A stretch of DNA of 64,000 nucleotides from the NCBI GenBank assembly GCA_965199755.1, contig CBDASZ010000001.1, forward strand, positions 288,001-352,000, read 5' to 3'. Below are positions 1-10,357 of the stretch, piece by piece. The notes under the pieces were generated by a model. That model made no database searches and was not told the origin of the DNA. It saw only the letters and a list, made by a program, of their open reading frames with translations. The first letter of the stretch is position 1. Each line of letters begins with the position of its first letter. The DNA comes from an uncultured candidatus Porisulfidus sp. (GTDB lineage Bacteria > Pseudomonadota > Gammaproteobacteria > Poriferisulfidales > Poriferisulfidaceae). Position numbers and translations under genes: made by a program.

Positions 1-280
1 GCTGTGACAGCGGGTCGCGCACATTGAGTTTGCGGATCCATTGCGCGTCCGTCTCCGGGCGGCCCAGATCCTGCAGGTTGTGTTCGGTGTTGCAGGCATC
101 CACGCAGTCGTGACAGTCTTCGTGACATTGCCGCGTGTCGATCAGCATGCCCCAGCGGACCGCGTCTGTTACTTCCTCATCGGGAGCGCGGGCGTACAGC
201 AGCACACCGGGGGCGAGCGTCAGCGCGCTGGCCGCGCCGGCGTTTTGCAGGAAGTCGCGGCGGCTGTGATTGATGCTCAC
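1..280 (-). CDS. dsrO: DsrO, periplasmic 4Fe-4S protein (5' part; runs off window edge)
   Basis: GTG start overlapping the dsrJ stop (GTGA). Manual translation MSINHSRRDFLQ (Tat signal) ...RWGMLIDTRQCHEDCHDCVDAC (Fe-S motif). Follows dsrJ. Confidence 0.9.
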   Translation of the reverse strand, partial: MSINHSRRDFLQNAGAASALTLAPGVLLYARAPDEEVTDAVRWGMLIDTRQCHEDCHDCVDACNTEHNLQDLGRPETDAQWIRKLNVRDPLSQ

Positions 281-705
281 GGCGTGAACTCCGGCTGTTT
301 TATGTCTTCGGCGCGCAATCGTTCATGGTGCCGCAAGGCATCGTAGGCTTTCGCCGGGCGGTCGGCATGGCATTCAAAGCAATCAATGCGGACACCCGCA
401 TAGATATGGCAGGCGGAGCAGAAATGCTGCTCGCTGCTGGCGCGGGGATAGCTGCCGGCCTCATCGGCGCGGACATGGCATTCCAGACAATTCTTCAGCG
501 AATGCTTCGTTGTGCGGATGCCGCGATGCACGGTTTCGTCACGTTGATGCAGGATGAACTCCCAATGGCGTTCCCGCATTACGTCAGTTGGCTCCACGCA
601 TTGCTCTCCCAAAGGTTTCGGGAGGACAGGACGGGGCGCGTCCGCTTCCAGAGGAGTGCTCACCATCAGTATGAGCATTGGCAGCACCAGCAACGAATGG
701 CGCAT
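277..705 (-). CDS. dsrJ: DsrJ triheme cytochrome c
   Basis: Signal-like N-terminus MRHSLLVL and three CxxCH motifs (CLECH, CSACH, CFECH), between dsrL and dsrO. Confidence 0.92.
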   Translation of the reverse strand: MRHSLLVLPMLILMVSTPLEADAPRPVLPKPLGEQCVEPTDVMRERHWEFILHQRDETVHRGIRTTKHSLKNCLECHVRADEAGSYPRASSEQHFCSACHIYAGVRIDCFECHADRPAKAYDALRHHERLRAEDIKQPEFTP

Positions 706-725
706 GGGGTTTTGACCCGTGCGGA

Positions 726-2681
726 TTAATGATCGCCCAGCGCCATATCGATGTAGCCAGTCGGACAGACATCTGCACAAATATGGCAGCCGATGCAGCG
801 GTCGTAGTCGGTGTCGACATAGCGGCCCGTGGTCTGCTTGTCTTTCTTGACCCGGAACACCGCGTCTTGCGGGCAGAACACCACGCAGTTGTCGCACTCA
901 AAGCACATGCCGCAACTCATGCAGCGGCCGGCCTCGGCGACGGCCTGTTCCTCCGACAGTCCTTCGATCCGCTCCTCGAAATGACCCAGTACGGCTTCGC
1001 TGTCCGGCCCGGTTTCGGAGCGCAGGTTGCGCTCGGAGTAGGGGAAGTGCGCCAGAAACAGTTTTTCATGGCTGATGATTTCCTGACTGGAACGATCCTC
1101 ATAGTTGTGCACCGAGAAATCGCGGTCGCAGGTGCCGCGCGTCTCGCCGACCTCGTAGTCCTCCGGCGAGAGACCGGATTCGGACAGTTTGGCGAGCAGA
1201 TCGAAGTGATGCACATCCACTTTCGGACGTTTGCGCAGTTCCGCCTGCTTCAGATAGTTGTTGATGCCCTCGGCGGCAATGGAGGCCTGACCGATGGCGG
1301 TGGTCAGCAGGTGCGGGCGAATGATGTCGCCGGCGACGAAGTGTCCGGGGCGATCCGTCACTTCAAAGAACTTGCTGGCATCAATCAGACCGCGGCCATT
1401 GTCAAAGTCTTCCAGCCCGCTCAAATCGCCGCCCTGACCGATCGCGGAAACCACCAGGTCGGCTTCGATCTCGTATTCGGTGCCTTCGACGGGAACCGGA
1501 CGGCCTTCTTCCATCTGGCATTTCGCCATTTTCAGCGCGCGGGCCCGGCCATCGTCATCCAGCAGCACTTCCATTGGCATCACGCTGTCGTGAATGTCCA
1601 CACCTTCGTGCAGTGCGTCGTGCACCTCGTGCTCGGCTGCCGTCATCTCATCTTGCGGGAATAGCGATGTCAGTACCACCTGAGCCCCTTCGCGGGCCGC
1701 CGCCATGGCGGAATCATGCGCGACGTAACCGCCGACTACATGCTCCGGGCGCAGCGACTCGTCCATACCGGTAATCTTGCCGAGGCGTCGTGCGACCGAC
1801 ACCACGTCAATTGAGGTATCGCCGCCGCCGACGCAGACCACACGGTCCGCGGTGACCTGAACGTGTCCCTTGTTGAAGGCTTCAAGGAAGGCGACGCCGG
1901 AGATGCAATTCGGCGCGTCGCTGTTGGGGACCGGCAGTTTGCGTCCGGTCTGACAGCCAATCGCCCACAGGATCGCATCGAACTCTTCCTCAATGGCCGC
2001 GACCTCGACGTCCTCGCCGACGCGCGTGTTGTTGCGTACTTCAATGTCGCCCATTTCCAGGATGCGTTCGATCTCCCGATCCAGGTAGTCGCGCGGCGTG
2101 CGATAGCCCGGAATGCCATAGCGCATCATGCCGCCGAGTTCTTCCTGACCCTCGAAAATGGTGCTGGCATGGCCCATGCGGCGCAGCTGATATGCGGCCG
2201 CCAGACCCGCCGGGCCGCCGCCGATGATGGCGACGCGCTTGCCGCTGAGCTCATCAGGGCAGGAGAATTTGAAGCCTTCCGTGTAGGCGGTGTCGCCAAT
2301 GTACTGCTCCACCGAATTGATGCCGACGAAGTCTTCCACGTGATTGCGGTTGCAGCCGTCCTGACAAGGTGCCGGACAGACACGTCCCATCATTGACGGG
2401 AACGGATTGGCGGTGGTGGAGCGCTGGAACGCATATTCCTGCATGCTGATGCCTTCCGGCGGGGTCTCGATGCCGCGCACAATGTCCAGCCAGCCGCGAA
2501 TGTCCTCACCGGACGGGCAACTGCCCTGACATGGCGGGGTGCGATGCACGTAAGTGGGGCACTTGTGCGAGTGATCGGCCTCGAAGATCGAGTCGCCCGG
2601 TCGGCTCCACGTGTAATCATCATCCTCGAAGCGACGAAACGTCAACTTCTGTTCTGAGGGGGTCTGTTCGGTCGTGCTCAT
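726..2681 (-). CDS. dsrL: DsrL iron-sulfur flavoprotein (DsrL-1 type)
   Basis: GltD-like N-terminal Fe-S motifs (PPCQGSCP, GRVCPAPC), FAD site GGGPAG, second site GGGDTS followed by LTSLF rather than YRR, C-terminal ferredoxin domain. Confidence 0.95.
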   Translation of the reverse strand: MSTTEQTPSEQKLTFRRFEDDDYTWSRPGDSIFEADHSHKCPTYVHRTPPCQGSCPSGEDIRGWLDIVRGIETPPEGISMQEYAFQRSTTANPFPSMMGRVCPAPCQDGCNRNHVEDFVGINSVEQYIGDTAYTEGFKFSCPDELSGKRVAIIGGGPAGLAAAYQLRRMGHASTIFEGQEELGGMMRYGIPGYRTPRDYLDREIERILEMGDIEVRNNTRVGEDVEVAAIEEEFDAILWAIGCQTGRKLPVPNSDAPNCISGVAFLEAFNKGHVQVTADRVVCVGGGDTSIDVVSVARRLGKITGMDESLRPEHVVGGYVAHDSAMAAAREGAQVVLTSLFPQDEMTAAEHEVHDALHEGVDIHDSVMPMEVLLDDDGRARALKMAKCQMEEGRPVPVEGTEYEIEADLVVSAIGQGGDLSGLEDFDNGRGLIDASKFFEVTDRPGHFVAGDIIRPHLLTTAIGQASIAAEGINNYLKQAELRKRPKVDVHHFDLLAKLSESGLSPEDYEVGETRGTCDRDFSVHNYEDRSSQEIISHEKLFLAHFPYSERNLRSETGPDSEAVLGHFEERIEGLSEEQAVAEAGRCMSCGMCFECDNCVVFCPQDAVFRVKKDKQTTGRYVDTDYDRCIGCHICADVCPTGYIDMALGDH

Positions 2682-2701
2682 GGTATTCTCCTAATGATGG
2701 G

Positions 2702-4240
2702 TCAAGCGGCCTCGTCCAGTTCGGCCTCGGTGTCGTCGGTATCAGTGGTGCTCCCGGTGAGCACAATGGCGTTGCTCACCAACTGGTGCACACTCACAAT
2801 TTGGTCCATGCGGAATCCGTAATAGGCCATAACCTTGGCGAACTGGCTCTTGCAGATCGCGCAGATCGCGGCCATGTGGGTGACGCCGTGGTGCTCCACG
2901 ACGTGCTGCAAGGCTTCCATGCGCGGTAGCGCACCCTTGACGCGCAACTCAATCAGATCATCGGTCAGCAATCCGCCGCCACCACCGCAGCAGTAGGTGC
3001 CTTCGCGTATCGTATCCGCCGGCATGTCATAAAAGTGATTGCAACTGGCGCGGATGATGTCGCGCGGGATGCTGAACTGTCCGCCCGGAGTGTCGCCCAT
3101 GCGCGAGGCGCGTGCGACATTGCAGGAATCATGATAGGTCAGCACCATGTCATCGTTTTCGGACGGATCAAGGTTCAGGCAGCCTTCCTGAATCAGGCCG
3201 TGAGTGACTTCGCAGATGTGCTGCGGCACCGGATATTCGGGGTCCAGAAAATCAAACGGACCAGCCAGTGTGTTGAGGAAACTGTAGGCGACGCGCCAGG
3301 CATGCCCGCACTCGCCGAAGACAATGCGCTTGACGCCCAGTTCGATCGCCGCTTCGCGGATGCGCAGGGCCAGTTTGCGCATGTTCTCGTAGCTGCCAAT
3401 GAACATGCCGAAGTTGGCCGCCTCAGAGGCGCTGGAACTCAAAGTCCAGGACAGCCCGGCTTCATGGAAGACCTTGGCGTAGCCGATCAGACCGTCGACA
3501 TGCGGTTCAGCAAAAAAGTCAGCCGAAGGCGTAATCAGCAGAATGTCAGCGCCTTTCTCATCCAGCGGGAAGCGTACCGTGACACCGGTGTCTTCCTCCA
3601 CATCTTCCTCCAGCCCCTCCAGCGTGTCTTTCAGCGCTGGCTCAGGTAGGCCGAGGTTGTTGCCGATGACATGCACCTTGCCGATAATTTCGTTGCAGTA
3701 CTTCTGTCCCTTGCCGATGGTGTCCATGACTTCACGCGCGGCCATGGAGATCTCGGCGGTGTCAATGCCGTAAGGGCAGTATACCGAGCAGCGGCGGCAC
3801 TGCGAACACTGATGAAAATACTTGTACCAGTCATCCAGCACCTCTTCAGTCAGATCCTCCGCGCCGACCAGCCACGGCAGGTAGCGCCCGGCCAATGTGA
3901 AGTGGCGGCGATATACCTTGCGGAACAGATCCTGACGCGCGACCGGCATATTCTTGGGATCGGTGGTGCCCAGATAGTAGTGGCACTTGTCGGTGCAGGC
4001 ACCGCACTTGACGCAGGAGTCCAGAAACACCTGCAGTGAGCGATAGCGCTTGGTCAGATCGCCCATCTTCTCGATAGCCACGTCATGCCAGTTGTCGACC
4101 AGTTCGCCGGGGAAGCCCAGCGGCTCCTGAAAGTCCGGCTTCGCCTCATACGGCTGGCTGTGCGCCATGGCGTCTTCCACCAGCTTTGGAATCACCGGAT
4201 AGGGCTTGAGCGTTGGGACGTCGAATTCGGGTTCAGCCAT
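2702..4240 (-). CDS. dsrK: DsrK, HdrD-like catalytic subunit
   Basis: CVKCGAC and CSQCRRC 4Fe-4S motifs, CCG domain (YCCGGGGG, ICAIC). Confidence 0.95.
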   Translation of the reverse strand: MAEPEFDVPTLKPYPVIPKLVEDAMAHSQPYEAKPDFQEPLGFPGELVDNWHDVAIEKMGDLTKRYRSLQVFLDSCVKCGACTDKCHYYLGTTDPKNMPVARQDLFRKVYRRHFTLAGRYLPWLVGAEDLTEEVLDDWYKYFHQCSQCRRCSVYCPYGIDTAEISMAAREVMDTIGKGQKYCNEIIGKVHVIGNNLGLPEPALKDTLEGLEEDVEEDTGVTVRFPLDEKGADILLITPSADFFAEPHVDGLIGYAKVFHEAGLSWTLSSSASEAANFGMFIGSYENMRKLALRIREAAIELGVKRIVFGECGHAWRVAYSFLNTLAGPFDFLDPEYPVPQHICEVTHGLIQEGCLNLDPSENDDMVLTYHDSCNVARASRMGDTPGGQFSIPRDIIRASCNHFYDMPADTIREGTYCCGGGGGLLTDDLIELRVKGALPRMEALQHVVEHHGVTHMAAICAICKSQFAKVMAYYGFRMDQIVSVHQLVSNAIVLTGSTTDTDDTEAELDEAA

Positions 4241-4970
4241 CGCTTCGCTCCAGTTTCATGGCCCATGCGGCGACGTGGCGACGCTCGCGCGGATTGTCAG
4301 CTTGATTGCGGGTCGGACTGAAGAATACGCCGGGCGCGTGCAGCAATTTGCTGAACGGAAAGATCAGCATCAGCAAGGCGACCAGAATAAGATGAGAGTG
4401 CAGCAGGGGATCCATCGGTAGCGGCTGCCAGTCAAACCACATCAGGCCCAGAAAAAAGGCTTTCACGGCCACCACATCGGTGCCGACCGAATAACTCATG
4501 GCGATGCCAGTCAGCCCAATGGCGATCAGCAGCGCCAGCATCAGATGATCCGACAGGGCGGAGATATAGCGCACCCGGTCCACCACAATGCGCCGCAGCG
4601 CCAGACCGGCCAGTCCGATCACCATGGGGATGGCGGCGTATTTGCCGAACGGCTGCAGAAAGGCCACCCATGCCCAGACCGGTTCAATGAAATAGCGCAG
4701 GTGGCGCAACAGCACCAGCAGCAATCCGAAATGAAACAGCCAGCCGAACAGCCAGGTCCATTTGTTGGACTTGAACAGACTCTCGAACAGGGTGAGTTCG
4801 CGCAGCATGCGCAACGCGACACCGCTGCGGGTGGTCGGCGCGGGCGTGGTCGGGATCTTTAGTGGTGCGGGCGTGGTCGCGTAGCGGCGAATGCGCAAGG
4901 CAAGGCCGAGGCCCAGCACCAGCGCGGCACTGTAATACAACAGCGTCATCGCCCAGCTTGCGAAATCCAC
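4233..4970 (-). CDS. dsrM: DsrM, NarI-like membrane cytochrome b
   Basis: Multi-TM protein with LKIPTTPAP, FHFGLL, RHLRYF, PFSKLLH motifs. Confidence 0.93.
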   Translation of the reverse strand: MDFASWAMTLLYYSAALVLGLGLALRIRRYATTPAPLKIPTTPAPTTRSGVALRMLRELTLFESLFKSNKWTWLFGWLFHFGLLLVLLRHLRYFIEPVWAWVAFLQPFGKYAAIPMVIGLAGLALRRIVVDRVRYISALSDHLMLALLIAIGLTGIAMSYSVGTDVVAVKAFFLGLMWFDWQPLPMDPLLHSHLILVALLMLIFPFSKLLHAPGVFFSPTRNQADNPRERRHVAAWAMKLERSDG

Positions 4971-5015
4971 AACAGTCCCCGGTGATGCGGCGCATCGCGC
5001 CTGAACCGGGTCTCC

Positions 5016-5348
5016 TTAGACGCAGCCCGTGGGCTTCGGCAGTCCGGCGTACTTACAAGCCTGTTTGGCCGGGCCGTACGGGAACAGTTCGTACAGGTAC
5101 TTGCTGTTGCCCTTGTCTTTGCCGAGCTTCTTGCCGATCGCCTTGGTCAGGACCCGTACCGCCGGAGCAATTTGATACTCCTCGTAGTACTCACGCAGGA
5201 AATTAATCACTTCCCAGTGGTTGTCGCTGAGTTCAGCGCCGTCGGCCGCAGCCATGGCGTCGGCCAGAGCCGGTTCCCATTCGTTGATGTTGGCCAGATA
5301 GCCTTCTTCATCGGTTTCGTAAGTTTTGCCATTGACGTCAAGTGACAT
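5016..5348 (-). CDS. dsrC: DsrC sulfur carrier
   Basis: C-terminal ACKYAGLPKPTGCV with both conserved cysteines. Confidence 0.97.
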   Translation of the reverse strand: MSLDVNGKTYETDEEGYLANINEWEPALADAMAAADGAELSDNHWEVINFLREYYEEYQIAPAVRVLTKAIGKKLGKDKGNSKYLYELFPYGPAKQACKYAGLPKPTGCV

Positions 5349-5379
5349 AGTCTTATCCTCCCATCTTCTTGGGGGTTAT

Positions 5380-5682
5380 TTATAACCAGGATTGAGTGCT
5401 TTCGTGCTTGCAGGCGAGCGCGACAAAGCGTTCATAATCGACGACTTCCATACCGTCGATCACGCGATCTTGGGACAAGCCCCGTGCCGCCAGATCGGGA
5501 CCCAGAACATACACGGACAGGCGTGACATCGCCTGCTTGATCCGATCCGTTTGTTCACTACCATCCAATGCCGCGACTACGGCATCCTCAAACAGCAGCA
5601 CGGCATGGCCGTCCGCCGCTAGCCGCAGGCAAGAGTCAAGCGCATTGCGCTCAAACGGAGACTTGTTGATCAGGTGCAGCAT
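5380..5682 (-). CDS. dsrH: DsrH sulfurtransferase subunit
   Basis: MLHLINKSPF...DLAARG...QSWL; operon position. Confidence 0.93.
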   Translation of the reverse strand: MLHLINKSPFERNALDSCLRLAADGHAVLLFEDAVVAALDGSEQTDRIKQAMSRLSVYVLGPDLAARGLSQDRVIDGMEVVDYERFVALACKHESTQSWL

Positions 5683-5688
5683 GATGCT

Positions 5689-6102
5689 TCAAAAACTGAA
5701 GACCACGTCCTGATCCGCCATCAGCGCGCTCAACTCGTCGCTGCTGACTACGTGCAGAGAAGGCTTCTCCGCCCAGTCGTCGTCCTCATCCTCATATGTG
5801 AGCGTCTGCAGATCGTCTTCGTTGAGTCCGCGCGCCTGCAGGGATTCGCGCTCGACATAAATGCGGGTGACATCGTAGTCGCCCAGCGCCGAATAGGTGC
5901 GCGAGAAATTTTTCATGCCAATGCCGTCGGTGTCCTGATTCTCGGTCAACTGGAAGACCCCGTCGTCGACAAAAGCCAGACATACATCCTGATCGAAAGC
6001 CGCGCCGATCAGCACCACTTCCAGCGACTCCAGCGCGTAAATCGTGCCGTAGGGTGCTTTGCGGTTGACGTACATCAACTTTTTGATGGTGCCTTCGCTC
6101 AT
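5689..6102 (-). CDS. dsrF: DsrF sulfurtransferase subunit
   Basis: APYGTIYALESLEVVLIGAAFDQ and DDGVFQL motifs. Confidence 0.95.
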   Translation of the reverse strand: MSEGTIKKLMYVNRKAPYGTIYALESLEVVLIGAAFDQDVCLAFVDDGVFQLTENQDTDGIGMKNFSRTYSALGDYDVTRIYVERESLQARGLNEDDLQTLTYEDEDDDWAEKPSLHVVSSDELSALMADQDVVFSF

Positions 6103-6103
6103 G

Positions 6104-6496
6104 TCAGTCTCCGAAGGTCACCAGACGATCCGATTGGACAGCCGCCTCGATCAATTGTCCGAGGCCGGAGATCCGAAAGCCCGGCGCGATATTGTCGGCG
6201 TCCTTGCCGTTGCGTTTGGCTTCGCTTTCATCCAGCAGGCCGCGGCGCTGCGCCGCCGCTACGCATAACACCAGATCCAGTTCGTGCTCTTGCGCCAGTT
6301 GTGACCAGCGCTCGACGATATTGCGATCGTCTTGCGGCGGCACGGTCAGTCGGGTGCCGTTGTTGACGCCGTCGTGATAGAAGAACACGCGGAAAATCTC
6401 GTGACCGGCATCCAGCACGGCTTGCGTGAACTGATATGCGCTGTCAGAAGCCTGATGCTGGTATGGCCCCTCGTTGACCACGATTCCGAATTTCAC
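6104..6496 (-). CDS. dsrE: DsrE sulfurtransferase subunit
   Basis: RVFFYHDGV and active-site LCVAAAQRRG. Confidence 0.95.
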   Translation of the reverse strand: MKFGIVVNEGPYQHQASDSAYQFTQAVLDAGHEIFRVFFYHDGVNNGTRLTVPPQDDRNIVERWSQLAQEHELDLVLCVAAAQRRGLLDESEAKRNGKDADNIAPGFRISGLGQLIEAAVQSDRLVTFGD

Positions 6497-6523
6497 AACA
6501 AACCGCCTGTGCCAGTGCTCGCT

Positions 6524-7597
6524 TCAAAAGCGAATATGAGCAGAGGCATTGAGGCTGGAGCGGGAGCCGCGCCAGTTATCGATGTGAAACTTGGTGAACG
6601 GCAGACCAGTGGCCTCGAAAAACTGTGGCCAGCCAATACGCTCCACCCAGTCATTGATTCGCTCCCAGTCACGGGCGTCATCGCGATAGGCGCGCAGGAT
6701 GCGCTTGACTACTGCGGTCGCTTCCGGCCAGCGCGGCGGATTGTTGGGGATGCCGGCAGCAACCAGTTTCTGGAAGGTCGGCTTACCACGCGCGTTGGAG
6801 TGATTGCCGCCCACCCAGATGGCCAGTTTGGTGTGTTCCGGGTCGTTGATCTGCATCGGCGGGCAGGGTGGGTAGCAGGCCCCGCAGCAGATACATTTTT
6901 TCTCGTCGACTTCCAGCGAGGGCTTGTTGTTGACCAGTGCCGGGCGGATTGCCGCGACCGGGCAGCGGGCCACTACAGACGGGCGCTCGCAGACGTTGGA
7001 GACCAGATCATGGTTGATCTTGGGCGGTTTGGTGTGCTGCACATTGATGGCAATGTCGCCTTGACCGCCACAGTTGATCTGACAACAGGAGGTGGTGATG
7101 TGCACCCGGTTCGGCATGTTCCAGCCGCGGAATTCCTCAATCAGCTCATCCATCATCGCCTTTACCACGCCGGAGGCGTCGGTGCCAGGGATGTCGCAAT
7201 GCAGCCAGCCTTGGGTATGCGAGATCATGGCGACCGAGTTCTTGGTGCCGCCGACCACGAAGCCGGAATCTTCCAGCGCGTTGATCAGAGGCTCGACCCG
7301 AGACTGATCCGCCACCATGTATTCAATGTTGCTGCGAATCGTGAAACGGACATACCCTTCGCCGTACTGGTCGCCGATGTCACACAACTTGCGCAGGGTG
7401 AACACATCCAGAATACGCTGGGTGCCGGCGCGGACGGTCCAGATGGCCTCGCCGTTGTGTGCGACGTGGCGCAATACGCCAGGACGCGGGTCTTCGTGAT
7501 AGGCCCAGTTCCCGTAATGCTTACGCATCAGGGGATGCAGGTACTGGAAGCCGTCAGGGCATCCAGACTCAATGGGCGGGCGATGCTGTTGTACCAT
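6524..7597 (-). CDS. dsrB: Reverse dissimilatory sulfite reductase beta subunit
   Basis: HTQGWLHC, SCCQINCG, CICCGACYPPC and GIPNNPPRWP motifs. Confidence 0.97.
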   Translation of the reverse strand: MVQQHRPPIESGCPDGFQYLHPLMRKHYGNWAYHEDPRPGVLRHVAHNGEAIWTVRAGTQRILDVFTLRKLCDIGDQYGEGYVRFTIRSNIEYMVADQSRVEPLINALEDSGFVVGGTKNSVAMISHTQGWLHCDIPGTDASGVVKAMMDELIEEFRGWNMPNRVHITTSCCQINCGGQGDIAINVQHTKPPKINHDLVSNVCERPSVVARCPVAAIRPALVNNKPSLEVDEKKCICCGACYPPCPPMQINDPEHTKLAIWVGGNHSNARGKPTFQKLVAAGIPNNPPRWPEATAVVKRILRAYRDDARDWERINDWVERIGWPQFFEATGLPFTKFHIDNWRGSRSSLNASAHIRF

Positions 7598-7615
7598 GCT
7601 GTGTCTCCCTCCCCG

Positions 7616-8872
7616 TCAAGCCGCTTGTGATTCGGCTTTGTTCTGGAACCACTTCTCGGCTTCTTCTTCCCAGGAGTCAGTGCGCACGTAAGAACTGGTG
7701 CGTGGCTCGTTGATCATGTTGGGGTCAACTTCAACCCCTACGCCTTCGAGGAAGTTGACCAGCCCGATGCGCTCGATCATCTCGCCGCAACGTTCATGCT
7801 CCAGTCCGTTCTCGGCCCAGAAGTCAATGGTCTCTTCCGCCAGTTCCACCAGACGCTCGTAGTCTTCTTCCGACTCCAGTTTCATAAACGGAACCACCAT
7901 GGTGCCCATCAGGTCACCAATCTTCAGGGTGCGTTTGCCGCCGATCAGAATTGACACACCCTTGTCATCCCCCGGCGAGAGCGCCTTGGGCAGGACATTC
8001 AGGCAGTGCATGCAACGTACGCAGTTGCGATTGTCGACTTCCAGCTGATCATCGTCAGTCAGGGACAGCGCGTTGCTTGGACAGCGTGCGATGACGTTGT
8101 CGACCAGATACTGGCGGCCCTTGCTCTCCAGATAGCCCGCGATGGCGTCCTGATCCACTTTCATGTCGTCGCGCCAGGTGCCGATGATGGCGAAGTCGGA
8201 ACGCTCAATGGAATTCATGCAATCGTTGGAGCAGCCGGAGACCTTGAACTTGAACTTGTACGGCAGCGCCGGGCGATGCACATCATCAGTGAAGTTGTTG
8301 AGCAAGGTGCGGTGAACGCGCATCTCATCGGTGTTGGATTGCTCGCAACGGGCCGCGCCGACACAGGACATGCCGGTGCGGACGCAGGGGCCTGCGCCAC
8401 CTAAGTCAAATCCGTAATCGTTGATTTCGTCAAAAAAGTGCTGGGTATTTTCCGTGCTGGCACCGATAAACATGATGTTGCCGGTTTGCCCGTGGAAGGT
8501 CACCAGACCTGAACCCCAGCGCTCCCAACTGTCGCCGAGCTGGCGCAGAATGTCGGTGCTGTAGTAGTTGCCCGCGGGGGGTTGGACGCGCAAGGTGTGG
8601 AATTCCTTGGAGGCCGGGAATGTTGCGCCGACTTCCGAGAAGCGAGGGATGATGCCGCTTCCGTAGCCGAACACGCTGACCGTGCCGCCTTTCCAGTATC
8701 CCTTGCGGGTTTCGTATGAATGTTCGAGTTGGCCAAGCAGGTCGTTAGCTACTCCGTTGATGCGCTCATCAGGATGTTGATCGCGCAGTCGCTTGATGCC
8801 TGAAATAAAGCTGGGCCAAGGGCCGTGCTCCAGTTCGTCCAGCATTGGCGTGTCATGTTTTTGGTCGGTCAT
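7616..8872 (-). CDS. dsrA: Reverse dissimilatory sulfite reductase alpha subunit
   Basis: TPMLDELEHGPWPSF and siroheme motif CVGAARCE...GCSNDC. Start set at MTDQKH, preceded by GGAGGA. Confidence 0.97.
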   Translation of the reverse strand: MTDQKHDTPMLDELEHGPWPSFISGIKRLRDQHPDERINGVANDLLGQLEHSYETRKGYWKGGTVSVFGYGSGIIPRFSEVGATFPASKEFHTLRVQPPAGNYYSTDILRQLGDSWERWGSGLVTFHGQTGNIMFIGASTENTQHFFDEINDYGFDLGGAGPCVRTGMSCVGAARCEQSNTDEMRVHRTLLNNFTDDVHRPALPYKFKFKVSGCSNDCMNSIERSDFAIIGTWRDDMKVDQDAIAGYLESKGRQYLVDNVIARCPSNALSLTDDDQLEVDNRNCVRCMHCLNVLPKALSPGDDKGVSILIGGKRTLKIGDLMGTMVVPFMKLESEEDYERLVELAEETIDFWAENGLEHERCGEMIERIGLVNFLEGVGVEVDPNMINEPRTSSYVRTDSWEEEAEKWFQNKAESQAA

Positions 8873-9241
8873 GGATCCGTTCCTCCAGTTGTTCACTATC
8901 TGGGGCTTTCCGCCATTCAATAGGATAAATTATTTTTGGGCAAAGATAAATTCCACTTGGGGGGTAAATCAATGTTCGTTGCATCTATCCCATTGGGGTT
9001 AAAGCATCGGCTCTCCACACCGGAGATCCGAACCCTCCATTATAGAGAATGGAGCGCGATTCGGGGGCGGCTTTTTGCCAAGTTAATTAGGTGCAAAGCT
9101 ATCTTCTCTAGGTAGTGCAGGATGCGATCCGGGAACAATTCAGTGTGTGTTGGTATTGCGTTTGGCAATATAATTGGTTCCCGCTGAACATATTTTCTGC
9201 TTCGCAATTTTTTTGGATGACCGTGAAAGGAGGGATTCAAA

Positions 9242-10357
9242 ATGCTTGAAGAGAATAAACATGACGTGTTGGTTCAAAAAATTGAGAGCATAAGGGACAG
9301 GGCATTACGGAGTAAGAAGCCGATGAGTGAGGGCACGGTCATATTGGCTCGTGTGATGCCGATATTGAATATTTTGGGTTGGAATTCGGAGGATTCGAAT
9401 GCGGTGGTGCGGGAATATTCAGTCAGAGGTTACAAAGACAAGCGGGCAGATATTGCGCTGGGAGAAAATATGGAAGAATCTGACGGTAAGGTTCTTGTTT
9501 TCATTGAGGCCAAGGCTTCGAAGGAGTCGTTGCGCAATGCTAAATACATTAGCCAGTTGGAAGATTATTGCCTAAAGCAACATGTTGATCTGGGGGTTTT
9601 GACCAACGGTACCAAATGGGATTTTTATCTGTATCCAAGAGGTGCAGAGCCTCTTCTTGCAGAAGAAATTGATATAAGGCAGGATACAGTTGATTCTGCG
9701 TCAAAAACATTCGATCAAATCCTGAGTCACAAGCACATTTCCGAAAAACGGCATCTACAATTTGCGAACAAGGCCGCGTTTTGCAGATTGACCGAACAGG
9801 TGTGGGAGACCTTTCTCAAGGATCGCGAAGACATGAGGCGTCTAGTGCAAGGACGCCTGCGTAAGAAGCGTGGGAAGCCAGTTATTACAAAGAAGGAGAA
9901 GGGATGGCTTGAGGAATGGCTTGAAAAAAAGATTACGGAATTGCATTCTGTGGCCTCTGAAGAGAAGGTGGAGGAAGCCGCCAATATCAGCAAGAGTGTT
10001 TCTGTGGTCAAGTCTAAAGATAAACCCTCCAAAGCCAGACCCTCTGAAATAACGCATATTATGATGCTCGGGAAGCAGATTAATGTGGAGACCTTCAGAG
10101 AGGCCAAAGTTGCTTGTTTAGAGGAATTAGAGTCGAAACGTCCCGGGTCACTTGAACGGTTGTCAACAGAGCCTCGGCCTGTTTGTTCCAAAGATAAAAC
10201 AGAGTTCCGAGTTCCGAGACAAATTGGAAGCCTGCCGTACTGGACAGATGTGCATGGAAGTGCTGACAGCCATCGGAGGAAATGCCGCAAAGCCTTGGAT
10301 GCCTTGGGCTTGCGGCCGGGCTCTGTTCGGTTCTTTAATGGCGATGGTGAGTGTTAA
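9242..10357 (+). CDS. HsdR-N-like PD-(D/E)XK endonuclease with SeqA-C-like C-terminal domain (copy 1)
   Basis: EYSV...RADIAL...FIEAK...QLEDY...LTNGTKW motif set; C-terminal PRQIGSLPYW; AT-richer than flanks; RBS GGAGG. Confidence 0.75.
   Translation: MLEENKHDVLVQKIESIRDRALRSKKPMSEGTVILARVMPILNILGWNSEDSNAVVREYSVRGYKDKRADIALGENMEESDGKVLVFIEAKASKESLRNAKYISQLEDYCLKQHVDLGVLTNGTKWDFYLYPRGAEPLLAEEIDIRQDTVDSASKTFDQILSHKHISEKRHLQFANKAAFCRLTEQVWETFLKDREDMRRLVQGRLRKKRGKPVITKKEKGWLEEWLEKKITELHSVASEEKVEEAANISKSVSVVKSKDKPSKARPSEITHIMMLGKQINVETFREAKVACLEELESKRPGSLERLSTEPRPVCSKDKTEFRVPRQIGSLPYWTDVHGSADSHRRKCRKALDALGLRPGSVRFFNGDGEC

Noticed and set aside
678-8404. Long plus-strand ORFs antisense to dsr genes (e.g. 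678..1664, 6332..7630)
   Set aside because: Shadow ORFs of GC-rich coding sequence with no recognisable motifs.
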